Source: Lama guanicoe
Lineage: Eukaryota
Reading direction: 5' to 3'
DNA length: 64,000 nt
NCBI GenBank assembly: GCA_013239625.1
Contig: MU054323.1
Span: 5,135,220-5,199,219, forward strand
A program made the translations under genes and the position numbers. Numbering within the stretch: position 1 is the stretch's first letter; each line of letters begins with the position of its first letter. The notes beneath the pieces were generated by a model, which ran no database searches, was not told the DNA's origin, and saw nothing but the letters and a program-made list of their open reading frames with translations. Of this stretch, positions 53,190-64,000 are shown piece after piece.

Positions 53190-53490
53190 TGGAAAACTAC
53201 CGTATCTGATAATATAAGGCTGGATACAAGGCACAATACATTTGTCCGAATTTATAAACTGTGCAACACCAAGAGTGAACCCTAACGTAAACTGCGGACT
53301 CTGGGTAATTACGATGCATTAATGAAGGTTCGTCTGTTGTGACAAATGTTCCACTGCGGTGGGGATGCTGGTACTGGGAGAAGCTCTGCATTCGAGAGGG
53401 CATGAGGAATGTGGGAAACAGGTGCCCCTTCCACTCAGTTTTGCTGTGATCTTAAAAGTGCTTTAAAAATAAAATCTATGAAAAAATTTT
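53190..53490 (+). mobile_element. L1MC-type 3' UTR
   Basis: 'caacaccaagagtgaaccctaacgtaaact...cttccactcagttttgctgtga...tttaaaaataaaatctat'. Confidence 0.85.
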
Positions 53491-54029
53491 GTTGAAATAC
53501 AGGGGGCGAAAAATAGTGGGGTTTTTTTGAGCCCAGCAAGTCTTAATTCCATTATATTTCCTCTACACTTTACTTGAAAACAGTTTCTTTTCTTTTTTTG
53601 CTCATCTCCCTCTTTCTCTCTCCTCTCTGTATCTTCTTATACACAGCTAAAAGAAATCAGTAGGTACTTTCAAAAACTGCCTGAGTATTTCTTCAGTCAA
53701 ATCCATTGAGTAAATATTATATTTTTCACATCAACACATATAATGGTTTTACGAAAATCTCTATCGCTACCTAACAAGAGGTCTTTTATTTACCACACTC
53801 CAGTAACAATTTCCTCCCTGTCATAATAGCCTTGCCTTCCAATCTTCCTTCTCAAGTTCCTTCTTGTTTTAACTAATATAATTTATTGATGAATAAATAT
53901 AAAATATAAAATTTGCATAACTAAAATCAAAGGACCTTTTAGCTTAAACCAGGTACCCAGTTCCAAAGCCAATAGAGTATATTTTAAGTTTTTACAATGG
54001 TAGAACCCCACTTATGGTATTAAATTGAT

Positions 54030-54600
54030 GCTTTAAGTTTATAATGATTAACTTAGCAGCTTAAAATAATACATATATATATATATATTTTTTTTGGTCA
54101 CAGACTTTGGAAGGCAGGAATTAAGACAGAGCTCAATGAGAATTATTGATCCCTGCTCCTTCACATCTAGGCCTTCTGATGGGAAGGCACAAAGGTGGGA
54201 CTGACATAATAGCTGGGGACCAGAATCATCTGAAGGCTTGTGTACTCACATGGATGGTACCTTGGCTGGGCTGACTTAAGTAATTGGGGTGCCAATCAGT
54301 GTGATGTGGCCTCTCTGTGTGGCTTGCCTTCTTCACAGCCTAACAACCTCAGTTCTGCTGGACCTCTTACATGGCACCTTGAAACTCCAAGTGTGGCTAT
54401 TCCAGGGGACAAGGCAGAAGCTGCAATATCCCTTGTGATGAAGCCTTGAAAGTCACATAGCAATACTTCTCCTGTACTCCTTTGGATGAAACTATCACAG
54501 ATCCACCCGGATTCAAGAGAAGGGAAATCAGATCAATTCTTAATAGAGGTCATATGTAAAATAAGAAATATCATTATGGCCATACTTGGGAAAAAAAACT
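54030..54600 (-). mobile_element. MaLR LTR (MLT1F/G/H-like)
   Basis: 'agaatcatctgaaggcttg', 'gtggcctctctgtgtggcttg', 'gaaagtcacatagc', 'cacccggattcaagagaaggg' (also present in a related fragment at ~51200-51460). Confidence 0.75.
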
Positions 54601-54969
54601 CAATAATTCATCAATTAATGAGTCAAGTATGTAGTTCAGTAGTCAACTGGCTTATTCATATCACGCACAGACACGCACGTGCACACACACTCATCTACCA
54701 TGCATGGAGCATACTGTAAGTTGCCCTAAGATATGAATGCTATTTATGTTCACATTGCCTTGAATAAGTTTACAGTTCATACTTTCTTATGTGAAACAGT
54801 TAAGGAAAATTTCAAGGAAAAAATATAATTATATCATATAATGATGAACAATTTAAGGACAGTAATCCAGAGTAGCTTAGAGCATGAGCTTTGTGGTGCT
54901 AAGTCTGCTATGAAGCTATGGAACTTTAATCAACTCATTCAGACTCACAAAGCTGCAGGGTTTCTCTTA

Positions 54970-55650
54970 AACAACTTTATTGACACATGATTTATATAGA
55001 GTAGACTTCACCCATTACAAGTATAAACTTTCATGACTTTTGACAGATATATACACCCATGAAGCCAATGAAATATATACTCAGTGAAACCAGTGTCACA
55101 ACCGAGGTACAGAACATTACTTGCTCCCTCCCAAATTTTCCTGTGCTTTGTTTCCATCCATCCTCTCTTCTCCCTCTGATTCGTCAACCCCTGATTCTAA
55201 GCAACTACTGCTCTACTTTCGAACACTATAGATTTGTTTCCATTTTCTAGAATTTTTAATACATAAAATTTACACTATATATATATTTTTTGCATCAGGC
55301 TTCTTTCAGTTAGCATACTGATTTTTGAGATTCATCAATGTGACTCTGTGCATCCATGTTCCTTTCCTTTCAATTGCTGACTAGCATTCCCATTGTGCAG
55401 ATGTAACACATTTTGTTTATCCATCAACTTCCTGATGGACATTTGTGTTGCTTCCAGTTTGGGGCTACTATGAACAAAGATTGTTCATACACAAATGTGT
55501 GTACATATATACTCTCGTACCTTTTCAATAAGTATTGAGACATGGAGTGGTAGACATATGTTTAACTTTTTTAGAAAACTGCCAGACTGTCTTCTAAAAT
55601 GCTTGTATCATTCTTATATTCCCACCAGCTCTCGAAGAGCATTCTAGTTT
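54970..55650 (-). mobile_element. L1MB/L1ME-type 3' end inserted into a MIR
   Basis: 'caactttattgacacatgattta', 'gatggacatttgtgttgcttccagtttggggctactatgaa', 'aactgccagactg'; MIR halves at ~54860-54965 and ~55655-55790. Confidence 0.8.
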
Positions 55651-57689
55651 TACAAAGTCTCAATTTTTGCACCTGTAAAATGGAAAATATATTGAGTCTC
55701 AGGGTTTTTGAGAAAACGCTATAAAATAATGTGATCAAATTGCTGGCACAGGGTTGAGTGCACAAAGCTGATCAGTAGGTGGGGGTCACTGTTACTGCTC
55801 TTAAGTGAGCCCGCCCTGTGTTTTTCAAGAAAACCAAAAGCAACAACAAGAACAGCAGAATTGACCTGCAGTCAAAATAAAAACCAACCAACCAACGGCA
55901 GCGTGGGGATTTATCCTTTAGATTCCTCACAGACGCTACAAGAAGGCAGCTTCTGATGGATTCTAAGGGTACAAACGTAATGCAAAATGTTTAAATGAGG
56001 GCATGAAGTAAAAGCTGAGTAATGAAAGAAATGGGGTGGGTTTCAGAGAGAATAGTTTCAAAACCCGTGGGTTAGAAGCTACAGAAAATGAGAATCAAAT
56101 GTGAGCTAAGTTGTCTGGCCATCAAAGCAAAAGGCAGATTTCATATATATAATCAAATACAATGTCTTTAAAAGAGATTTTGCTACAAATTAAGGGAAAC
56201 ATTCATTTTGACAGGTTTGTTCTTAAAAATATGAATGGTATTGAAGAACATAATGGATGTCATCTATAGAAGCTTTACAAAATATCCAGAGAGATTTTTT
56301 TAAGGGCCACTTCTCAAGCTGATTCTCCAAAAAAAAAAAAAAAGAAGAAGAAGAAGACATAATTTTAAATTCCAGTTCCCAAATATATATCTGTGAGGAG
56401 CTGACACTCTCTCATTCAGGTATTTATCAGAGAGGCAATATGTTGGTTTCAAATGAAGAAGAAGCAAACTGTGGAGGAAAGGAGGAATGATTTCCCTGTT
56501 TCCCTCCCTTGTCCCTTCTTTCATCTCTCCAAAATTAACAGTCGTTTCACACAAAGGAATGGAACATTCTGTCTGCATGTGTGTATGTTTCACGGGATGG
56601 ATATGGGGGAAAAGTAAGAGAGCCAAAATGACAGGAGGGACCAGAAGCCCTGGTCTAACCTGAGCAAAAACAGCATGTCCACAGCAGCCTGTTGTGAAAC
56701 CTGCTCAAACCCTGTCACTCTGAGCCCAGCTTCCAACAAGCCCCGGAAGCCAGGGAGGGAGCTTACAGTGTGGTCACCAGGCGATGAGACAGCTATGGCA
56801 TTTTCTTGAGCAAAGGGACAATGAGGTGAAATGCTGTCAGTGTGTCAGTCTGGTCTACTTCCCTCTCTGAGCTGGAAGGAGGAGGAAGTAGAGAGTGTGG
56901 CCACTGTGGAGACAAGTGCAGGAATCCAGGACTTGTTACAAGGACCCGGAGTTGGTGGTGGCTTTGGGAATAATGAGGGGATAAAGCTCAAGAGACAGTT
57001 CATGTCTAGACAAAAAAAAAAAACCTCCATTGATTGAGCAAATTTGGTAGATAGAAGTTCTTAAGACAAAGGTGTGTGTCCTGGGAGAAGCCTTTACCAC
57101 TAGAAGGCAAGCTGGCTGAAGGAAAAGCAGATAACATTTGTGTGTTTTAGAGTTTCTTTCCACCTTTGAAGGCTTTCTAATCATCTGCTACATAAAAAAG
57201 CTGACCTTTGTGATTAAAAAATGAGTGAAATAGTCCTTTCCTCATTTACTTCTGCCTTTGGTGTCAGTCCCTTGAATAGCTCAAAGACAATTTAATCTGT
57301 TTTGGTTAATTAATTCAGGTTCAAAACACTAGATGCATTTGCTGCTCCCAATTAGGAAATCAGATAGACCATGAGCTATAGGTTCTATTCGATGTCCAGC
57401 TATGTCAGGACATACAGTAATGGGTATTTACTGGTGCTCATTTGAAGCACCTAATTGCCAAGGCTGTTTCCCTCAATATAAAAGACAATTTAAAGTTAAG
57501 CTATATATTTTCCAAATTTAATTAATTTTTGGTCCTAGTTTCTCAAAGGAGAAATCAAATGCATTGAATACAAAACTGATACTTGAATAGGTAAAGACAT
57601 GCTTTTTCCCCCCTTTATAAATGTTAGTGAAATTAAGAAAAGATAATATTGTTGAACCTAAACACGTCCAGAGCTATTCGGCTGCAGCT

Positions 57690-57772
57690 GGTGATAATGA
57701 CAATGATGATGCTGATGATGAAGACGATGATGATGACAGCCATGATGGTGATGGCAGTGGTGGTGGCGGTGG
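57690..57772. repeat. Degenerate (GAT)n/(GGT)n trinucleotide repeat
   Basis: gataatgacaatgatgatgctgatgatgaagacgatgatgatgac...ggtggtggcggtgg. Confidence 0.85.
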
Positions 57773-60700
57773 ATTTCAGAGTGACAGAATGTAAGATTTA
57801 GGAATCCAGTGATGTTTAACAAATTGTATTGTCAGCAGTGACTCTCATTAATGGAGTCATTATCAGAAAATTGCATATAATTCCTGTTATTGCAAGTCCT
57901 CAGGATAATACGGCTGTTCTGCTAGGAGATTTAGAAGCTGCATGCCCTGTGTAATTTTGGAAATTGCTCTGATCTAGCTCCTGTGGATACAGAGCTCAGA
58001 GCAGACCCGTCACACGTGCTCGGGCTCCTCAGGACAGAGCTCTTTGAGGAAGTCACCTGCCCGTTTGGCAGCCGAGGCTGGCTCTTGTCCTCAGATAATA
58101 AACTCTCTCATTTATTTAGTACACCCAAGTCTCTTGCCTGCATTTAACAGTGCAGAAGGAGTAACATGCTCGTTTCACTCTAATTATGTTTTAGAAAATT
58201 GTCCCGTTTCAAAATTATAATGTCAAAAATTACCTGCCACCAGGTCTTTGGAAGGAGAATGGTCAACCCTCACAGACTTCTTTCAAATGCCAGCACCAGG
58301 CTCTCTAGCTTTGTTCATCAGACACTGGGCTACGGCGGTCTCTTAAAATCTTTTTTTTTCTCTCTCTCCCTCTCTCTTTCTGAGATAGTATCTCCCTTTA
58401 GATAAATTCTGCTTGCAATATTTTACTATTTTTAATCTTGCAGGAGGGAAGCAGTAATGCCCTTCTTCCTGTCCTTCACACCGATTTGTCTTTGCTTCTC
58501 ATTATACAGAGTCTGCTTAAGTCGTGGTGCCTGCTGCCAGTTCTATTAAACCACAGAAGGAACTGCCAGGTCACAATTTATGCTGCAATATCGTAAAATT
58601 AACTTTCATGCAGAAATCCTTTCTTCCCTCTCTCTGATTCATTTTTACGCTTTAAGAAATCCTGATGATTTCTGTTAGAAGGATTAGTTGTCTTTTCCTT
58701 TGGAGTTGACAAATTGGGCAGAATTTTGGCCTTCAGAGCAAAAGAAAAGAGAATACGAGCTTAATTCAAATTTGCTTCCTAATTATTACAAAACTCTTCC
58801 TGCCTCATTGCACTAGATTTAAAATGGAAACGTGTGCTGTGGGATCTGGTGGGATGGGGGAATGGAGTCTTGGGTGGGCAAGGAGTCTTCTACTCGATCT
58901 AAAATCAAAGACCTCCATCCCTTGGGGAAGCCCTGCCTGCCCCTTCCTGCTCCTTCAGGACCCAATAGAAGTGATTCTTCAGTAACTGGGATCTGGGTTC
59001 CATCTTGGGGAACCTGTGCTGAATAGCACATGTTCCTAATTCTCTTCCACACCCCTCTCCCAGCAGCCAGCAGGCTCCAGGCTGGAAATGCAACTAAGGA
59101 AGTCTATGCCTTGAACTTTAAGTGAAGCCCATGATGTCTGCATGATACTTGCTGGGCCAAAATCTTTGACAGGGTTTGAGGAGTGAAAAATGGCTGATTG
59201 AGGATTTTATTTTTCCTACATGAACCGATTATCTTGCCCCTCCACAAATTACATTGACCCCTCTCCATTCCCCTTTCTTCTTAATCAAATAAAACATTCT
59301 CTTGCTAGATACAGGATGTAAAAGTAAGTATGTCGTCATCAAAGGGCTTTCAAGGAAGAAAATCCTTTTCTCCTATTACAGGGATCAATAAAAACAAAAT
59401 GAAACTTGTTCCTGTAACTGATCACAATATATCAACCTCAGAGTTGCTCTTTAGCTAAGAACAAAAAATTTGTCATTTAACTTGCCAAATTTTTGTATTG
59501 ATATTTTCTGATATCACAGGGTAGAGTGAGGTAGGGAACCCTAACCCAAGATAGCATCTTTATATCTTTCTAACACAAGAATGTTTTATGGTAAATAATG
59601 ACTACTGCAAAACTGGTATTACATATCCGTATTTTATTATTCTATTTATTTTTTCTCAGTGGTGGAAGAATATCTAAATGTAAAAATATTGAATGGAATA
59701 CTGTTACAGTTATAAGTACTTCACACCAAAGGCTGTGTTGGAAAGCAAACTTTTAAATTACCTGGAGTGTGAAAATGTAGCGGAACGTGATACAGTCGCT
59801 AACTGGCTTAGACGGGAATCTTCTGTAATGTTATGAGAACGTGCATAAGACATTCACCCATAACAATGAAGGGCCATCGGACACTACTCACATGCCTATT
59901 CTCTTTAGTGTAATATTACAGTTAGCCAATCTCTGCTGAGCTTTCATGCATAGTTTATGTACAAAGGAAAAACATGCAAAGTAAACTGACTAGGAAGGAA
60001 GTGAGTGTGAGAAGATGTCAATGAGCATAAAAACCCAGCCACCCATTAGTTAAGCATATAACCCCAGCTTAAAAATATAGAGCAAGTGTGCATTACGCAG
60101 AGTTCTCGAAAGAAACTGCTTGAATCCATCGTGTGCCATTCTTACCAATTAGATGAACGTGCCCCTGAGCTGAGTTTTGATCTACCAGGGTCTCAAAAAA
60201 AGTGACTTCCACTGAGTGGCATGACTGTAGCAATTGAGAAACAGATATAGGTAATATCTCATTAATTTAAGTGTTTCTGAACAGGTTCCAAATCTGGTGT
60301 GAACTATAAAGACTCTATTGCAGTTTGAAGCCAGAAAATAAATATGTTTTCTGCCACTTGCACTTAAATAGTTAGTGAATTGCCAGTTATTTAAATTATA
60401 GGTCCACGCTAAATGTATCCATCCCTTTAATATAATGAAGATAGCAAGGCTACCTGAGAGCACATAACAGAAGCGATATGAGCCTTTCTCACATTTACCA
60501 CCGCTGTGTCACAGCCACAGGCCATAATTGTGTCCTCTTAGGACAAGGGAGGAGACGTATGACTAAATGCACACTGACCTCATTCTCAATTCTAGGTCAC
60601 TGATCATCACACACACACAAATTGTCTTTTTCTGACCTCCAGGTGTAGATCTTGGCAATTGAAGTGTGTTGTAAACTTAAGTCCAGAATATACAAATGTG

Positions 60701-61387
60701 TATGGACGTATGTGCCTTCATATGTGTGTCTATCTCACAAACAATATGGTAGTCTTTTCTAGTTATCTGTACTTCCCCCATGCATGTCTTTTCTCTTCTT
60801 GTACACTGGTCCTTTTCAGGGATGTTCCTGTGGCTTAGAAGGGCTGCCCTTCCCTTTCCTTTATTCAAAAAAAATCTCACTAATTCTTTAAGCTTTACAT
60901 AAATACCAGTTGTTTAAGGCAGGTTTTCAGACACCCCCCTGGCCTATTAAATTGTTCCTAACTAGGAACTCCCACAGCCTCCTATATGTTCTCTCCTGGA
61001 GAATAGAGTTCACTCTGTTTGTATCAAAGTTCCTTTAAAAAAATACATCTATTCCCATAAATACATAATCAGTCCATGGAATGCAAGGTCCAAAACTAAC
61101 TCATCTTTGTGTTTTAGCCAGTACTACACATAATGACATGCATATCCTAAATCCAAATTACATGCATATTAGAATTAAATTATATTAAACTTTGGTTATT
61201 TTTCCCTGTGAAGAAAGAACATTAATGAATCTGTTAAAGACTTTGCAATCTCAAGACTTGCAAAATCAGGAATTACTACTTATACAAGGTCTATCTAAAT
61301 CACAGCCATCGATGACAAATTGTGTTTCATCTGCCTGATTGATCAAAGTGAACGTACAGACTGCTATGTACTGGGGACACTTATTTT

Positions 61388-61456
61388 TAAATTTTTTAAT
61401 TGAAATACAGTCAGTCTACAATGTTGTGTTAATTTCTGATGTACAGCAAATAGTGA

Positions 61457-61498
<42 letters not shown>

Positions 61499-61571
61499 TC
61501 CTTTTCATTGTAGGCCATTACAAAGTATTGAATATAGTTCCCTGGGCTATACAGTAGGACCTTGTTGTTCC
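61388..61571 (-). mobile_element. Very short L1 3' tail with internal (TA)n and a TSD
   Basis: 'tacaatgttgtgttaatttctgatgtacagca...atagttccctgggctatacagtagg'; TSD ggggacacttatttt (61373-61387) / ggggacaacttatttt (61572-61587); (TA)n at ~61460-61489. Confidence 0.85.
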
Positions 61572-61889
61572 GGGGACAACTTATTTTAAAATTCTTGTTT
61601 TAAACAGTAACTCAGAGACCAGACAGGCCAACAGAAACAAAGTTTGAATTTGTTCATTGATGGCCTTGGTGAATGAAGTGGCTTATTGTCTGTCTCTCAC
61701 ACAATATCTTTTGGCAATTCACATCTTGTCTTTGGATTTCAGTTTCCTTGATTTATTATTTTTTTCTGCCATCATTGCAATGCATTGTCTCATTTAATCA
61801 AAACGGTAGAAAGAGCCTAAACCAGATGAGGAAATGTGCATTTTGTCCCATTTCACCTTGAGCAGACTATGGGATAGGAGAAGACATCT

Positions 61890-62103
61890 ACAGGTGACTG
61901 AGACACCACAGGTTCCCTGGTTCTCAGGCCTTCAGACACTGACCAGAATTGTACCACCAGCTTGCAGGTGGCGGATCATGGTACTTCTAAACCTCCATAA
62001 TTGTGCAAGCCAATTCTTCAACAGGAGAGGGAAAGGGGGAGAGAGAGAGAGAGAGAGCGAGCACTCCTTGGTACTGTTTCTTTGGAGAACCTTGACTAAT
62101 ACA
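61890..62103 (+). mobile_element. ERVL LTR 3' part (MLT2-like) with (GA)n
   Basis: 'cctggttctcaggccttcagac', 'cttgcaggtggcggatcatgg', 'ctccataattgtgcaagccaattc', end 'ctgtttctttggagaaccttgactaataca'. Confidence 0.85.
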
Positions 62104-63984
62104 CATTGAGACATACAAGTAAAGCTGAATTTCCAAACAGGGCTCAGTTGGGAAATTTTTAGCTTATTAGAGCCCCAGACATAGGCCACTCATTCCTCTC
62201 TATTACCTGCTCTTTCAATACCTCCTTCTCATTCATTCACAGTCACATGAACGAGTGCCTCCTCTAACATATAATCTACCATCGCTAGTCACTTATTCTC
62301 CACAAGGGTGATTCCTCTTCATCCCTCAGTACCTCCACCTGAAAACGCGTAACTCCGCCACGGCTTTGTGCACAAAAACTACTGGGTTTCAGAGTGGAAA
62401 ATCCTCCTGTCTCCTGCAAAAATCAGAGGGCTGATTTCAAACCGTGTAACAGTGACTTCATTTTATTAATTAATTCATCAATGGGATAAAACTTGTCATT
62501 TTAACTTGTTTCTGAGATTCCAATCAAAGCCTAATTAGCATAAACATTTCAACATGTGTCCTATATTAGCAGCAGGCATCAGGAAATGAAGGCTTCCAGC
62601 ATGGAGGGGTAAGGAGGCAGAAAAGGTCATCCTTGTAGCCAATGGATATGTTTTTGTTAAAAATGAGCATTCGAGAAAATGTTACAATTTGACGAATACT
62701 AACAGCAGCCCTTTCTATGGGCTCGATGAATCAGGAGATTTGCAAACTTTTCACTCTACCAGCGGGGGAAGCCTTTGCGATAGTCAGACCCGTCCAAAGA
62801 TGACACAAGCTCCTCCAGGGAGAGTGAGATTCCTGACGTGGAAAGCGCTTATAAACTCGCCTGAGAAGCAGGGGCAAGGCTGACAATCCCGGCTGGAGCA
62901 CCGCAGTGGATACAGATGACAATTGGAGAGGAGACAATAAATTCTGCCTTTGAGGAGCCTTCCCAAGATCAGTTGGCCAGGATCAGGATTCAGCCAGATG
63001 TTAGAGGGTCTACCTAGTTCAGCTGCCTTGATCGGCCACTATTCCATGCACTGAAAAGATCCTCAGGGTATGAACCTTTGCTGTCTTGAGGTCAGTTAGA
63101 TAATTAACAGCTCGCCTCTCAGCCAATACAGACTTGTGGGAATATTAAATAGAGTGGATACCTGGGAAGAGCAGAGGGTTGGGGAATAATACTCATCTAA
63201 GGAAACGTAGAGAGAAGGACCTATATGCACACTTCCCAGTTCTATCAAGACCCAGCCTAGGCTTCCAGGTGCCATTTCACACATGCCAAAGAGTCTGGCA
63301 GAATTCTCCCAAGATGGCAGACACCCCGGCTCTGCCTCTTCAGGGTTAACACTGAAGAAATGCTGGACATTTGGCACCACCCAGGTCGGCCCTGCATATG
63401 TAACGATGGTGTCATGGCTCCTTCCCTTCCTCGACTCCCTGGTCACCCGTTTCTCTCATGGCTTTAGCTAAATCTGAAAGAAAAATTCTTCCCTCGTTCA
63501 CCATCTCACAGCCTTGGCTGTGGCTACCAATTTCACAGTTTTTCCTCCAAGCAATGACAGGTTACCTCAGTTTCATTTCTGAGTCTGATGACCTCAATTG
63601 CTGCCCATTTCCTATCTCTGTCGATGCAGAATTGTCTATTTTTATTTGAAGTTTTTAGAGACATGGAAGAGAAGCCTTGGCCTTTTCCTTCAAATAACTG
63701 CTTCGACAGCGTTATGGACGGCTGGTTAGTTTCTTTCTGACCTCCCTGAGACGTCCCATCAGCTGTACCCCAGTTTCCTCTAAATTCTGTATTCCCGGCT
63801 CTGGGACAGCAGCAGACAGCTGTGTCTTGTTCCACAATCCATAATTCCCAACTTCAAAGTTCAGTGCCAAATAAGATCGTACACTGTTGGATAACCTTTT
63901 GTACCAGCCCTTCAGCAGTAATTAAATCCTGCTCATTCCACGCCGCCTGGAGGAAACCTAGGCCCTCTGCTTGTTTCCAAGCGC

Positions 63985-64000
63985 AAAAAAAAAAAAAAAA
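63985..64000 (+). repeat. Poly-A run truncated by the window edge
   Basis: 16 consecutive A at the end of the window. Confidence 0.9.

Noticed and set aside
51372..54525. Shared 21-mer cacccggattcaagagaaggg at two sites
   Set aside because: Explained by two related MLT1 LTR copies.
27680..57110. CTCF-like sites (CCAAGAGGTGGCA at 27680; CCACTAGAAGGCA at 57097)
   Set aside because: Core mismatches; not supportable without PWM scoring or ChIP.
12527..61571. All three younger L1s on the minus strand as evidence of a plus-strand host gene
   Set aside because: Only three elements, and older L1 and LTR orientations are mixed.
1..64000. The ORF track (60-142 aa ORFs) as protein-coding genes
   Set aside because: Short, often starting at non-ATG codons or lying in repeats, with no recognisable domains; only 12860-13153 (L1 ORF2p tail) is real protein sequence.
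1..64000. CRISPR array, operon, viral ORFs or foreign insert
   Set aside because: No regularly spaced repeats, no long ORFs and no abrupt compositional break were seen.

Overview
Mammalian, AT-rich, CpG-depleted, repeat-dense DNA, most likely intronic or intergenic. I could not identify any protein-coding exon, RNA gene or CpG island. Two tRNA-derived SINEs resemble the camelid Vic-1 family, which points to a camelid genome (alpaca, llama or camel); this is an inference from remembered consensus sequences. The window holds ancient eutherian repeats (L1M/L1ME, L2, MIR, MLT1/MLT2, MER21/31/67-like LTRs, hAT MER63/MER81) and younger insertions with readable target-site duplications (TSDs), including a ~600-bp L1 with a perfect 16-bp TSD and an intact ORF2p C-terminus. 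The most notable non-repeat signals are a perfect steroid-receptor palindrome (AGAACA-n3-TGTTCT, 10-bp arms) inside an MLT1F-like LTR, a perfect IR-1 (FXR-type) element 4.6 kb away, an HNF4-type site, a cluster of short odd palindromes, several minus-strand non-coding exon candidates and a CpG-rich patch in old repeats. I found no evidence I can support for a novel multi-gene system. Repeat subfamily names and the boundaries of old repeats are approximate and from memory; no RepeatMasker run was possible.
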